Below, piece after piece: positions 1 through 12,116 of a DNA stretch of 60,158 nucleotides. The DNA comes from Balneolales bacterium (GTDB lineage: Bacteria > Bacteroidota > Rhodothermia > Balneolales > HLUCCA01). The stretch covers positions 1 through 60,158 of the forward strand of contig JANJTJ010000001.1 of assembly GCA_024711145.1 (NCBI GenBank), in the 5' to 3' direction. Made by a program: the position numbers and the translations under genes. The first letter of the stretch is position 1; every line of letters starts with the position of its first letter. The notes below the pieces were generated by a model. It had not been told where the DNA came from. It made no database searches and saw nothing but the letters and a program-made list of their open reading frames with translations.

Positions 1-13
1 AAAGAAGCCCAGC

Positions 14-144
14 CACTAACAGCGGTTTGGCAAAAGTGGCGGTTCAGTGCTTCGTATGACAGTTTTTCGTAAATTTGAAGTGTGTGCTTCGTATGAACAT
101 TTGTGGTTAAATCGCCACCTTCGCCAAGCCGCAAAACGTTAGCG
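14..144 (+). repeat. attC-like imperfect inverted-repeat element, copy 1
   Basis: Ends are CACTAAC (14-20) and GTTAGCG (138-144). Arms GCGGTTTGGC/GCCAAGCCGC and AAAAGTGGCG/CGCCACCTTC pair imperfectly. Internal 13-bp direct repeat GTGCTTCGTATGA at 47-59 and 84-96. Homologous to 2174-2268. Confidence 0.75.
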
Positions 145-192
145 GTCATTGTAGGACGACCAGAAACAACATCAAAAATTGACAAATAGAAT

Positions 193-675
193 ATGGCAAA
201 AAGTAAATTAATGGAGATGCACAATGTAGGCATTGTTGTAGAATCACTTGACAATGCAATTGCATTCTTCACAGAAATTGGGTTGACACTTGAAGGGCGA
301 ATGATGGTTGAAGGCGAATGGGCAGGACGAGTAACTGGGCTTGGTGACCAATCTGTTGAAGTAGCTATGATGGTTACTCCTGACGGACACTCCCGACTTG
401 AACATTCACAATTTCTGCGTCCGCAAACGATAGCTGACCACAGAACGAATCCTGTGAACTCACTTGGTTATCTAAGAGTAATGTTCAGGGTTGACAACCT
501 TGACGAGCTTTTGGGCAGACTTGAAAAACACGGTGCTAAAGTCGTAGATGAAGTTGTTCAGTTTGGTGACGTTTATAGACTCTGCTACATTCGTGGAGTA
601 GAGGGATTACTTATTGGTTTAGCTGAACAAATTGGTAGCAAAACAGCGACAGACATTTTAGAGGACAATAATTGA
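193..675 (+). CDS. VOC/glyoxalase family protein
   Basis: HNVGIVVESLDNAIAFF...GL.LE start and RLCYIRGVEGLLIGLAE end, typical of VOC proteins. Confidence 0.85.
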   Translation: MAKSKLMEMHNVGIVVESLDNAIAFFTEIGLTLEGRMMVEGEWAGRVTGLGDQSVEVAMMVTPDGHSRLEHSQFLRPQTIADHRTNPVNSLGYLRVMFRVDNLDELLGRLEKHGAKVVDEVVQFGDVYRLCYIRGVEGLLIGLAEQIGSKTATDILEDNN

Positions 676-752
676 AAAAACAACGACACTGCAATCATTA
701 AGCAGACACACTAAAATCATATTCAATCTGCTACAATTGAATGAATGAAAAC

Positions 753-1115
753 TTAGGCCTTTTTCAACACAGACTTTCTATGTTCTATTCCCCATTCTAT
801 CATTTTATCTAGGACTTCTGTGATTTGTTTTCCTGTTTCAGACAACTCATATTCAACAGATACAGGTGTTGTGTCATATACCGTTCTGACCAACACGCCA
901 TTTAATTCCAATTCTTTCAGTTCTTTGCTCAACATTCTGGGTGTAATTTTTGGAATATTGCGTTGAATATCGGTAAACCGTTTTTTACCAAACAGTATTG
1001 ATCCTAAGATTGGCAACTTCCATTTACCACTAATAACATTGAGCGTATCGTTGATGTTTAGCACATATTCAACGGGACAAGACTTAATCTCTTTTAAACT
1101 TAGCTGCTTTTTCAT
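753..1115 (-). CDS. HxlR (MarR/DUF24) family winged-helix transcriptional regulator
   Basis: N-terminal CPVE cysteine, GKWKLPIL, RFTDIQR, ITPRMLSKELKELE, PVSVEYELSETG. Confidence 0.92.
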   Translation of the reverse strand: MKKQLSLKEIKSCPVEYVLNINDTLNVISGKWKLPILGSILFGKKRFTDIQRNIPKITPRMLSKELKELELNGVLVRTVYDTTPVSVEYELSETGKQITEVLDKMIEWGIEHRKSVLKKA

Positions 1116-1131
1116 TTTCCTGACTTTTGTT

Positions 1132-1161
1132 ACTATACTTTAGTATAGCACTATACTTTAG
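1132..1161. promoter_or_regulatory. Putative HxlR-family operator
   Basis: Palindrome CTATAC-TTTA-GTATAG (1133-1148) and 12-bp direct repeat ACTATACTTTAG (1132-1143, 1150-1161) in the divergent intergenic gap. Confidence 0.6.
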
Positions 1162-1176
1162 GAAGCAAATATAGTG

Positions 1177-1184
1177 TATCTTTG
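1177..1184 (+). promoter_or_regulatory. Bacteroidota-type -7 promoter element TAnnTTTG
   Basis: TATCTTTG followed by an A-rich leader and ATG at 1212. Confidence 0.6.
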
Positions 1185-1211
1185 CAATTCACAATTAAAA
1201 AAAATAAAAAA

Positions 1212-2084
1212 ATGATTTTAGTAACAGGAGCAACAGGACATTTTGGAAAGGCAACCATTGACTTTCTATTAAAAAAGGGTATTTCAGCAAACAGCATTTC
1301 GGCTTTAGTAAGAGATGAGGCGAAAGCGGAAGACTTGAAAACAAAAGGCATTAACTTAAAAATTGGCGATTACGACAATTACGCTTCATTGGTAGAAGCA
1401 TTTAAAGGCGTTGACAAGTTGTTATTGGTTTCAAGTTCTGATGTTGTTAACCGTGGACAACAACACGAGAATGCAGTGAAGGCTGCTAAAGAAGCAGGTG
1501 TAAAACATATATTTTATACCAGTTTTGAGCGAAAAAACGATACCGAAACTTCACCTATTTACTTTCTTGCAAAATCGCATATCGACACAGAAAACCTAAT
1601 CAAGGCAAGTGGAATGACTTACACCATTTTTAAAAACAATCTTTATCTTGATGTGTTACCGATGTTTTTTGGAGAACAAGTTTTAACAACAGGTATATTT
1701 TTACCAGCAGGAGAGACAAAATCGGCTTTTGCTTTGCGTAATGATATGGCTGAAGCTACTGCCAGTGTATTGACAAGCGAAGGACACGAAAACAAAGCAT
1801 ATTCTTTAAGCAATACCGAAAGTGTATCGATACAAGAAATTGCTGAAGATTTAAGTGAAATAGTTGGTAAACAAATCAATTATGTAAGCCCGCCTAAAGA
1901 TATTTACGTGAAAACATTAACAGAAGCAGGCGTTCCAGCAGAATATGTTGGAATGTTTGCAGGTTTTGCCGAGGCTATTAAGCAAGGGGAATATTCAACT
2001 GAAAAAACAGATTTAGAAAATCTTTTAGGCAGAAAGCCAACGACAACAAAAGACTTCCTGAAAGTAGTTTACGCATCTAAATAA
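1212..2084 (+). CDS. NmrA-like/atypical SDR NAD(P)H oxidoreductase (QorB/YtfG-like)
   Basis: MILVTGATGHFG Rossmann motif, GVDKLLLVSS, AAKEAGVKHIFYTS, LENLLGRKPTT. Start taken at ATG 1212. Confidence 0.88.
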   Translation: MILVTGATGHFGKATIDFLLKKGISANSISALVRDEAKAEDLKTKGINLKIGDYDNYASLVEAFKGVDKLLLVSSSDVVNRGQQHENAVKAAKEAGVKHIFYTSFERKNDTETSPIYFLAKSHIDTENLIKASGMTYTIFKNNLYLDVLPMFFGEQVLTTGIFLPAGETKSAFALRNDMAEATASVLTSEGHENKAYSLSNTESVSIQEIAEDLSEIVGKQINYVSPPKDIYVKTLTEAGVPAEYVGMFAGFAEAIKQGEYSTEKTDLENLLGRKPTTTKDFLKVVYASK

Positions 2085-2105
2085 TATCTTTAAATTATGT
2101 TTTTT

Positions 2106-2142
2106 ATAGCGGACAGTTTTAGAACTGTTCGCTATTTTTTTT
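2106..2142 (+). terminator. Intrinsic terminator
   Basis: Stem ATAGCGGACAGTT/AACTGTTCGCTAT with a TTAG loop, followed by a T-run. Confidence 0.75.
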
Positions 2143-2173
2143 ATTCTACAACTCGACAGACAAAAACGCCAGC

Positions 2174-2268
2174 AGGTAACAGCAGTTTGGCAAAATGGCG
2201 GGTTCAGTGCTAAATTGAAAGTAAGTGCTTCAAAATCCGCCACTTAGCCAAGCTGCAAACCGTTAGCG
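2174..2268 (+). repeat. attC-like imperfect inverted-repeat element, copy 2
   Basis: AGGTAAC...GTTAGCG ends. Arms GCAGTTTGGC/GCCAAGCTGC show a compensatory change relative to copy 1. Central region is shorter. Confidence 0.75.
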
Positions 2269-2311
2269 CACCCACACCCTTACATTGAAGGCCTCACTAG
2301 AAGGCACGCTC

Positions 2312-2779
2312 ATGACTGCTCAAAAAATCACACCGTCGATCTGGGTTGAAACAACGGATGCCAAAGCGGTAGCCGATTATTATCTCTCGATATTTGCGGA
2401 TGGCAGGCTCAAGGAACACCATGCGTACACGAATCCGCCGGAAGCGGGTGGCGGGGCCTTCGAAACGGCGATCATCGAAATCGCCGGCATGGAATTGGGC
2501 ATTCTGGCGGCGGGTCCGTTTCAGAAGTTCAACGAGTCGGTCTCATTCGTCATCAACACGAAGGACCAGGCCGAAACGGATTATTTTTGGAATGCCCTGA
2601 CGGAAAACGGGGGCCAGGAAGGTTCTTGCGGATGGTGCACCGACAAATATGGACTGTCGTGGCAGGTGGTTCCGGTCGACTATTTTGCCCTGATCAACCA
2701 CGCCGACCCGAAGGTTCGGGAAAAGGCCATGAAGAACACGTTGCAGCAGAAGAAGATCATTCTGGATGAACTGAAATAG
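2312..2779 (+). CDS. VOC family protein (PhnB/3-demethylubiquinone-9 3-methyltransferase-like)
   Basis: QKITPSIW, FNESVSFVI, QAETDYFWNAL, CGWCTDKYGLSWQVVP. Confidence 0.88.
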   Translation: MTAQKITPSIWVETTDAKAVADYYLSIFADGRLKEHHAYTNPPEAGGGAFETAIIEIAGMELGILAAGPFQKFNESVSFVINTKDQAETDYFWNALTENGGQEGSCGWCTDKYGLSWQVVPVDYFALINHADPKVREKAMKNTLQQKKIILDELK

Positions 2780-2786
2780 GTCACGG

Positions 2787-3212
2787 ATGCACGCCAAAGC
2801 CGCCATACAGATCCGCAAGCCGATCGAAGAGGTATTCGAAGGCATCGTGGATCCGTCCATCCTCACCCGGTACTTCATATCGGAGAGCGACGGCCGCCTG
2901 GAGTCGGGGGTCACGCGCATGTGGGCGTTTCCCGAATTCGAAGGGGCGTTTCCGGTAGAGGTTGTGCGCGTGGAGGCGCCGCATACCATCGAATTCGTGT
3001 GGGACTCGGAAACGGTGGTCACCATCACCTTGGAAGCGCGCCCCGATGCCGGAACCGTGGTTCGGGTGGTGGAAGACGGCAAACCCGACACCCCCGAAGC
3101 CATCGAGTGGGCCATCGGCACCACCGAGGGTTGGGCCAACTTCCTGGCCTGCATGAAAGCCCACCTGGAATACGGCATCAACCTGCGCGCCGGCGCCTTC
3201 GACTTCCGCTAA
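2787..3212 (+). CDS. SRPBCC/AHSA1 domain protein
   Basis: IQIRKPIEEVFEGIVDP, GWANFLACMKAHLEYGINLR. Confidence 0.85.
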   Translation: MHAKAAIQIRKPIEEVFEGIVDPSILTRYFISESDGRLESGVTRMWAFPEFEGAFPVEVVRVEAPHTIEFVWDSETVVTITLEARPDAGTVVRVVEDGKPDTPEAIEWAIGTTEGWANFLACMKAHLEYGINLRAGAFDFR

Positions 3213-3240
3213 CCGTCTCCCGTTACCCGTCTCCCGTTAC
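3213..3240. repeat. Heptamer tandem repeat (CCGTCTC CCGTTAC)x2
   Basis: Directly visible; fills the gap between convergent genes. Confidence 0.8.
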
Positions 3241-3243
3241 TCC

Positions 3244-5301
3244 CTACCTCAACTCCCGCTCGAGTACTTCGATCTGGTCGCGGATACGGGCGGCTTCCTC
3301 GTATTCCAGGTTGCGGGCCGCTGTGAGCATGGCCGTGCGCAGGTGCTCGAGCAAGGCGTCTTTGTCGTCGAAGACCACTTCCTGCATGGCCGGGTTGGGT
3401 TTGTACCGCAGCCCGTCGTCGGCCGCCCGCACGTAGCTGAGCGCGGGGGAGTTGTCGCCGTAATCGAAGGGTTTGTCGAGGTCGATTTTCTGGGTGCTGA
3501 TGAGGGCCGGATCGACCAGGGGCTTGAGCTCCTTGACGATGGTCTGTGGCGTGATGCCGTGCTCGAGGTTATACGCCCGCTGGATCTCGCGCCGACGGTC
3601 GGTTTCTTCGATCACTTTCCGCATGCTGTCGGTCACTTTGTCGGCATAGAGGATGGCCAGGCCGTCCGCGTTCCGCGCCGCCCGCCCCGTGATCTGCATG
3701 AGGCTGGTCTGGCTCCGAAGGAAGCCCTCTTTGTCGGCGTCGAGCACCGCTACCAGGCTCAGTTCGGGGATGTCTATGCCTTCGCGCAGCAGGTTGATGC
3801 CTACGAGCACGTCGAAGTCGCCCCGCCGGAACCGGTACAGGATTTCGATGCGCTCGATGGCGTCCAGGTCGCTGTGCATGTAGGCCGCCCGGATGCCCAG
3901 ATTCCGAAGGTATTCGCTCAACTCCTCGCTCATGCGTTTGGTGAGGGTGAGCGCCAATACCCGCTCCCGCTTTTCGATGCGGATGCGGATTTCTTCGATG
4001 AGGTCGTCGACCTGGTTCTTGAGGGGACGCACCTCGATGCGGGGTTCCATGAGTCCCGTGGGGCGGATGATCTGCTCTACGAAGGCGCCTTCAGACTTCA
4101 CCAATTCGTAGTCGGCGGGGGTGGCGCTCACGAAAATGCCCTGGGGCACCAGGCCTTCCCATTCTTCGAAGGTGAGGGGGCGGTTGTCCATGGCCGAGGG
4201 CAGGCGGAATCCGTGTTCCACCAGGGCCAGTTTGCGGCTGCGGTCGCCCCCGTACATGGCCCCGATCTGCGGTATGGTCTGGTGGCTTTCGTCCACCACC
4301 ACGAGGAAATCCTCGGGGAAATAATCCATGAGGCAGTAGGGACGCTCCCCGGGCTTGCGGGCGGCCAGGTACCGCGAGTAGTTCTCGATGCCGGAGCAGT
4401 ACCCGATTTCCTGGATCATCTCCAGATCGAACTGGGTGCGTTGCTCCAGGCGGGCCGCTTCCAGGAATTTCTCTTCTTCGCGGAGCTGTTCCAGGCGCTG
4501 GTTCAGCTCGTTGCGGATGAGGATGATGGATTCGTCGAGGCGGGCCTTGGTGGTGACGTAATGGCTGGCCGGATAGATCTGGAACTGCTGTACCCGCTCG
4601 CGTTCCTTGCCGGTATCCGGGTCGAAGAGGGTCATCTTCTCGATTTCGTCGCCCCAGAACTGGATGCGCAACGCGTACTCGGAATAGGCCGGTACCAGGT
4701 CCACCACGTCGCCCCGCACCCGGAAGGTGCTGCGCGAGAATTCAGCGTCGTTGCGGGTGTAGTGCAGGTCCACCAGGTCGTAGAGCAGCTTGGACCGGCT
4801 GATGTGCTTGCCCTCGTGCAGGCTGATGACCATGGCCGCGTATTCGCTGGGCGACCCGATGCCATAGATGCAACTTACGCTTGATACGATGATGACATCG
4901 CGCCGGCCGGAAAGCATGCTGCTGGTGGCCCGCAGGCGCAGGCGCTGGATCTCTTCGTTGATGGCCAGGTCTTTTTCGATGTACTTGTCCTGGGCCACCA
5001 TGTAGGCCTCGGGCTGGTAGTAATCGTAATAGCTGATGAAGAACTCCACAGCCGCATCGGGGAAGAAATCGCTCAACTCCCGATACAACTGGGCCGCCAG
5101 GGTCTTGTTATGCGACATCACCAGGGTGGGGCGGTTCACCTGTTGGATCACTTCGGCCACGGTGCGGGTCTTGCCCGAGCCGGTAATGCCTAATAGGGTT
5201 TGAAAACGCACCCCCGCCTTCAGACCGGAAACCAGGGCTTCTATGGCTTTGGGTTGGTCCCCGGCGGGTTGATAGGGCGATACGAGGCGGAAATCGGACA
5301 T
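3244..5301 (-). CDS. uvrB: Excinuclease ABC subunit B
   Basis: GDQPKAI, GITGSGKT, HNKTLAAQL, YYDYYQPEAY, DESH, C-terminal UVR motif (LEYEEAARIRD). Confidence 0.98.
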   Translation of the reverse strand: MSDFRLVSPYQPAGDQPKAIEALVSGLKAGVRFQTLLGITGSGKTRTVAEVIQQVNRPTLVMSHNKTLAAQLYRELSDFFPDAAVEFFISYYDYYQPEAYMVAQDKYIEKDLAINEEIQRLRLRATSSMLSGRRDVIIVSSVSCIYGIGSPSEYAAMVISLHEGKHISRSKLLYDLVDLHYTRNDAEFSRSTFRVRGDVVDLVPAYSEYALRIQFWGDEIEKMTLFDPDTGKERERVQQFQIYPASHYVTTKARLDESIILIRNELNQRLEQLREEEKFLEAARLEQRTQFDLEMIQEIGYCSGIENYSRYLAARKPGERPYCLMDYFPEDFLVVVDESHQTIPQIGAMYGGDRSRKLALVEHGFRLPSAMDNRPLTFEEWEGLVPQGIFVSATPADYELVKSEGAFVEQIIRPTGLMEPRIEVRPLKNQVDDLIEEIRIRIEKRERVLALTLTKRMSEELSEYLRNLGIRAAYMHSDLDAIERIEILYRFRRGDFDVLVGINLLREGIDIPELSLVAVLDADKEGFLRSQTSLMQITGRAARNADGLAILYADKVTDSMRKVIEETDRRREIQRAYNLEHGITPQTIVKELKPLVDPALISTQKIDLDKPFDYGDNSPALSYVRAADDGLRYKPNPAMQEVVFDDKDALLEHLRTAMLTAARNLEYEEAARIRDQIEVLERELR

Positions 5302-5306
5302 AGGAA

Positions 5307-5717
5307 TCAGTCGGGAGTGAGAGACAACAATTCCCAGAGTTGGCGTGGGTTCATGATCCTGATTCCGGCTGATTCGAAGTCAAGGTCCAGTAAATCCCGA
5401 TCGCCGGAGACCAACACATCGGCACCAGAAACACGGGCCGAGGCGAGTACCCAGCGGTCGTCTGGGTCATTTGCAGGAATATCTGCCGGAATATCCGGGA
5501 GAGGAACTATGGTATGCTTCCGCAGATAGCGGTCGATATCGTCCACATGCGAACCGGGCATGTTCAGTTTCGCACGTAAGATGCGCGTCAATTCCGAAAG
5601 ATTGAATTCTCCGGTAACCAACTCATGCCGAGAAATGATCAGTTGGAACAGATCGGCTGAGAGACCCCGAGTGGCGAAGGCGCTGAAAAGCACATTCGTG
5701 TCCAAAAATACCCTCAC
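5307..5717 (-). CDS. PIN-domain toxin (VapC-like)
   Basis: RVFLDTNVLFSA, DPDDRWVLASA, LVSGDRDLL. GTG start overlaps the antitoxin stop (GTGA). Confidence 0.88.
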   Translation of the reverse strand: MRVFLDTNVLFSAFATRGLSADLFQLIISRHELVTGEFNLSELTRILRAKLNMPGSHVDDIDRYLRKHTIVPLPDIPADIPANDPDDRWVLASARVSGADVLVSGDRDLLDLDFESAGIRIMNPRQLWELLSLTPD

Positions 5718-5932
5718 GAAATCAGGCGCCAAGCATCATCATCGGTCAGAAGACCCTGTGCTTCTGCGAAGGGGAGTACCCGATTTCGTAGCGATTGGAA
5801 CGATTCGATGTGCAGTTGGCGGCGCAATGCATCACGTACGAGGTCGCTTTTTGCCCTGCCGGTCTGTTTCGAGACCGTTTCGAGCAGTGCGACGAGTTCT
5901 TCATCGAGGCGAATGGATAGGGTGTCTGCCAT
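5714..5932 (-). CDS. Ribbon-helix-helix (CopG-like) antitoxin
   Basis: TLSIRLDEEL...L...SKQTGRAKSDLVRDALRR; small gene directly upstream of the PIN gene. Confidence 0.85.
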   Translation of the reverse strand: MADTLSIRLDEELVALLETVSKQTGRAKSDLVRDALRRQLHIESFQSLRNRVLPFAEAQGLLTDDDAWRLIS

Positions 5933-5937
5933 GTGTG

Positions 5938-5953
5938 ACAATGTAATACAATG
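5938..5953. promoter_or_regulatory. Putative antitoxin operator overlapping the -10 element
   Basis: Palindrome TGTAATACA (5942-5950) and ACAATG repeats, overlapping TACATT on the minus strand (5945-5940). Confidence 0.55.
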
Positions 5954-6001
5954 GTGGAGGTTGGGCAACGCACGGCAATCCGTGGTATTTTATCGGGTTC
6001 C

Positions 6002-7129
6002 ATGCCCGAATCATCCCTTACCGCCCATCGTGACCGGATCGACGCCATCGATCGGCAGATTCTGGACCTCCTGCGCGAGCGCAACGAGGTGGTGAAAGGG
6101 GTGTTGGCGACCAAAATCGCTCACAAATTGCCCATTTATGTGGCCGGGCGCGAAGAGCGCAAGGTGCAGGCCTTCCGCGAAGACGCCCTCCGGCGGGACC
6201 TCGACCCCGACTGGGCCGAGGATTTCCTGCGCATGATCATGAGCGCCTCGCGTGCCAGCCAGAGCACCACTACGTTTCCCATGGCCACCGTGGAGCCGCG
6301 TACCTGGCTGTTCGTGGGCGGCCGGGGCGGCATGGGCACCCTGTTCGCCCGGTATGCCGAGCAATCGGGGCACGAGGTGCGCATATTGGACCGGGACGAT
6401 TGGGACCGGGTGGCCGAACTGGCCGCCGGTGTGCACGTGGCGGTGGTCACCGTGCCCATCCATGTGACCGAAGCCGTAGTGCGCCGGTTGGCGCCGCATC
6501 TGCCGGCCACCGCCATCCTGGCCGATTTCACCTCGAACAAAGCCGATGTGTTGGCCGCCATGCTGGCCGCCCACGCCGGCCCTGTGCTGGGGCTGCACCC
6601 CATGCACGGCCCCGACGTGCAGAACCTCTCCAAACAGCTCCTGCTGGTGAGTCCCGGCCGCGACGCCACCGCCGCCGAGTGGGTGCTCAACCAGTTCGCG
6701 CTTTGGGGCATGCGGTTGGTAAGCGTGGATCCAGATCGCCACGACCGTGCCATGCACCTCATCCAGGGGGTACGCCACTACATGGCCCTACTGCATGGCA
6801 GTTTTCTGAAAGCGCAAGGTCTGAAACCGGAAGAGATCCTCGATTTCTCGAGCCCCATCTACCGCGCCGAGCTCATGATGACCGGCCGGATCTTCGCACA
6901 AGACGCCGGCCTGTACGCCGACATCGTCTTTTCCTCGGCCGAACGTCGGGCCTTGCTTCTGGCCTTTCTGGAGCACCATGCCGCCTTGGCTCGCCTGGTG
7001 GAAGCCGACGACAAAGCCGGATTCGTGCGCGAGTTCGAAGCCATATCCTCCTTTTTCGGCGAGTTCGCCGAAACGGCCCTCCGCGAAAGCGGATACCTCA
7101 TCCACCGGCTGGCCGACCGGTTCGCATAA
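6002..7129 (+). CDS. tyrA: Bifunctional chorismate mutase/prephenate dehydrogenase
   Basis: RDRIDAIDRQILDLL chorismate mutase domain, GGRGGMG Rossmann motif, GLHPMHGP, HDRAMHLIQG. Confidence 0.9.
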   Translation: MPESSLTAHRDRIDAIDRQILDLLRERNEVVKGVLATKIAHKLPIYVAGREERKVQAFREDALRRDLDPDWAEDFLRMIMSASRASQSTTTFPMATVEPRTWLFVGGRGGMGTLFARYAEQSGHEVRILDRDDWDRVAELAAGVHVAVVTVPIHVTEAVVRRLAPHLPATAILADFTSNKADVLAAMLAAHAGPVLGLHPMHGPDVQNLSKQLLLVSPGRDATAAEWVLNQFALWGMRLVSVDPDRHDRAMHLIQGVRHYMALLHGSFLKAQGLKPEEILDFSSPIYRAELMMTGRIFAQDAGLYADIVFSSAERRALLLAFLEHHAALARLVEADDKAGFVREFEAISSFFGEFAETALRESGYLIHRLADRFA

Positions 7130-7140
7130 TCAAACCCTGA

Positions 7141-8429
7141 ATGGAAATCCTCATCCTCACGGTCCTGCTCCTGGTGAACGGAGTGTTCGCCATGTACGAG
7201 ATCGCGTTGGTATCCTCGTCCAAATCCCGCCTCGAAGCCCTGGCCCAAAAAGGCAGCAGCACCGCCCGAACGGTACTGCACGTGTTGGAAGAACCTGAAA
7301 AGATGCTCTCGGCCATCCAAGTCGGCATCACCCTCATCGGCATCGTGTCGGGTGCGTACGGCGGGGTGGCCCTGGCCGACGACGTGAAACCCTTCTTCGA
7401 AGGATTCCCGGCCATGGCACCCTATGCCGGCCAATTGGCACTGGCCTCCGTCATTTCCATCATCACCTATTTCTCGTTGGTAGTGGGCGAACTGGTGCCC
7501 AAATCGGTGGCCTTGAGCGCCCCAGAGCGCATCGTACTGGCACTTACGCCCTTCATGCTCGTGCTCACCCGCATCGCCTATCCCTTCGTGTGGCTGTTGA
7601 GCGTGAGCACCAAAGGCGTGAACCGCCTCATCGGGGTGAAAGCCAGCGACGAGCGGGCCATGACCGAAGAAGAGCTCAAATTCCTGCTCCAGCAGAGTTC
7701 CGACAGCGGCGTGATCGACCAGCAGGAATCGGACCTCATCAAAGAAGTATTCCGCTTCAGCGACAAACGGGCCAGCGAGATCATGACCCATCGGAAAGAC
7801 GTGGTGTACCTCACGCCCGACATGTCGGTGGAGACCATCCTGGACATCCTCCGCCGCGAACCCTATAGCAAGTACCCGGTTTGCGAAGAAAGCATGGATG
7901 ATGTGATGGGGATCGTGACCGTGAAAGACCTGCTGCTGGCCGGCCGGTCCGAACACGGGTTCGACCTGCGCGAGCTGGCATCGCCTCCCTTGCTCATTCC
8001 CGAGAACGTATCGGCAGGCAAGGCCTTGGAGCATTTCCGCAACAAGAAGAACGGATTCGGCATCATCATCGACGAGTACGGATCCGTGCAAGGCATCCTC
8101 ACCCTGCACGACCTGGCCGAAACCCTGCTCGGCGACATCCCCGAAGAGACCGAAGAAATCGAAACCGAGATCGTTCGCCGGGCCGACGGTTCCTGGTTGG
8201 TGGACGGTTCCATGAACATCTGGGACTTCCTGGAAGAAGCCGGCATGGGCGATGCGGAAGACCTCGAGGAGGGCGATTTCAACACCGTGGGCGGGTTCGC
8301 CATGTTCAAGCTGGACAAAGTGCCCACCGAAGGCGACCTGTTCGCCTACCGGAACCTGAAATTCGAAATCGTGGACATGGACAAGAGCCGGGTGGACAAG
8401 CTCTTGGTCACCCGAACAGACCCGGACGA

Positions 8430-8433
<4 letters not shown>
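7141..8433 (+). CDS. HlyC/CorC family transporter (DUF21-CBS-CorC)
   Basis: [24 protein letters not shown] pair, [16 protein letters not shown]. Confidence 0.92.

Positions 8434-12112
<3,679 letters not shown>

Positions 12113-12116
<4 letters not shown>

Larger units (their letters stand above)
139..2262 (+). mobile_element. Putative gene cassette (AT-rich, three genes) between two attC-like sites
   Basis: Visibly much more AT-rich than the rest of the window and bounded by the GTT cores of the two elements. Composition becomes GC-rich right after 2262. Confidence 0.6.

Noticed and set aside
676-752. A third attC-like site between the VOC and hxlR genes
   Set aside because: No TAAC...GTTA ends or GTTTGGC/GCCAAG arms are present.
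14-2268. Reading the two repeats as a CRISPR array or IS terminal inverted repeats
   Set aside because: There are only two long copies of unequal length, in direct orientation and about 2 kb apart, with no short spacers, cas gene, transposase or target-site duplication.
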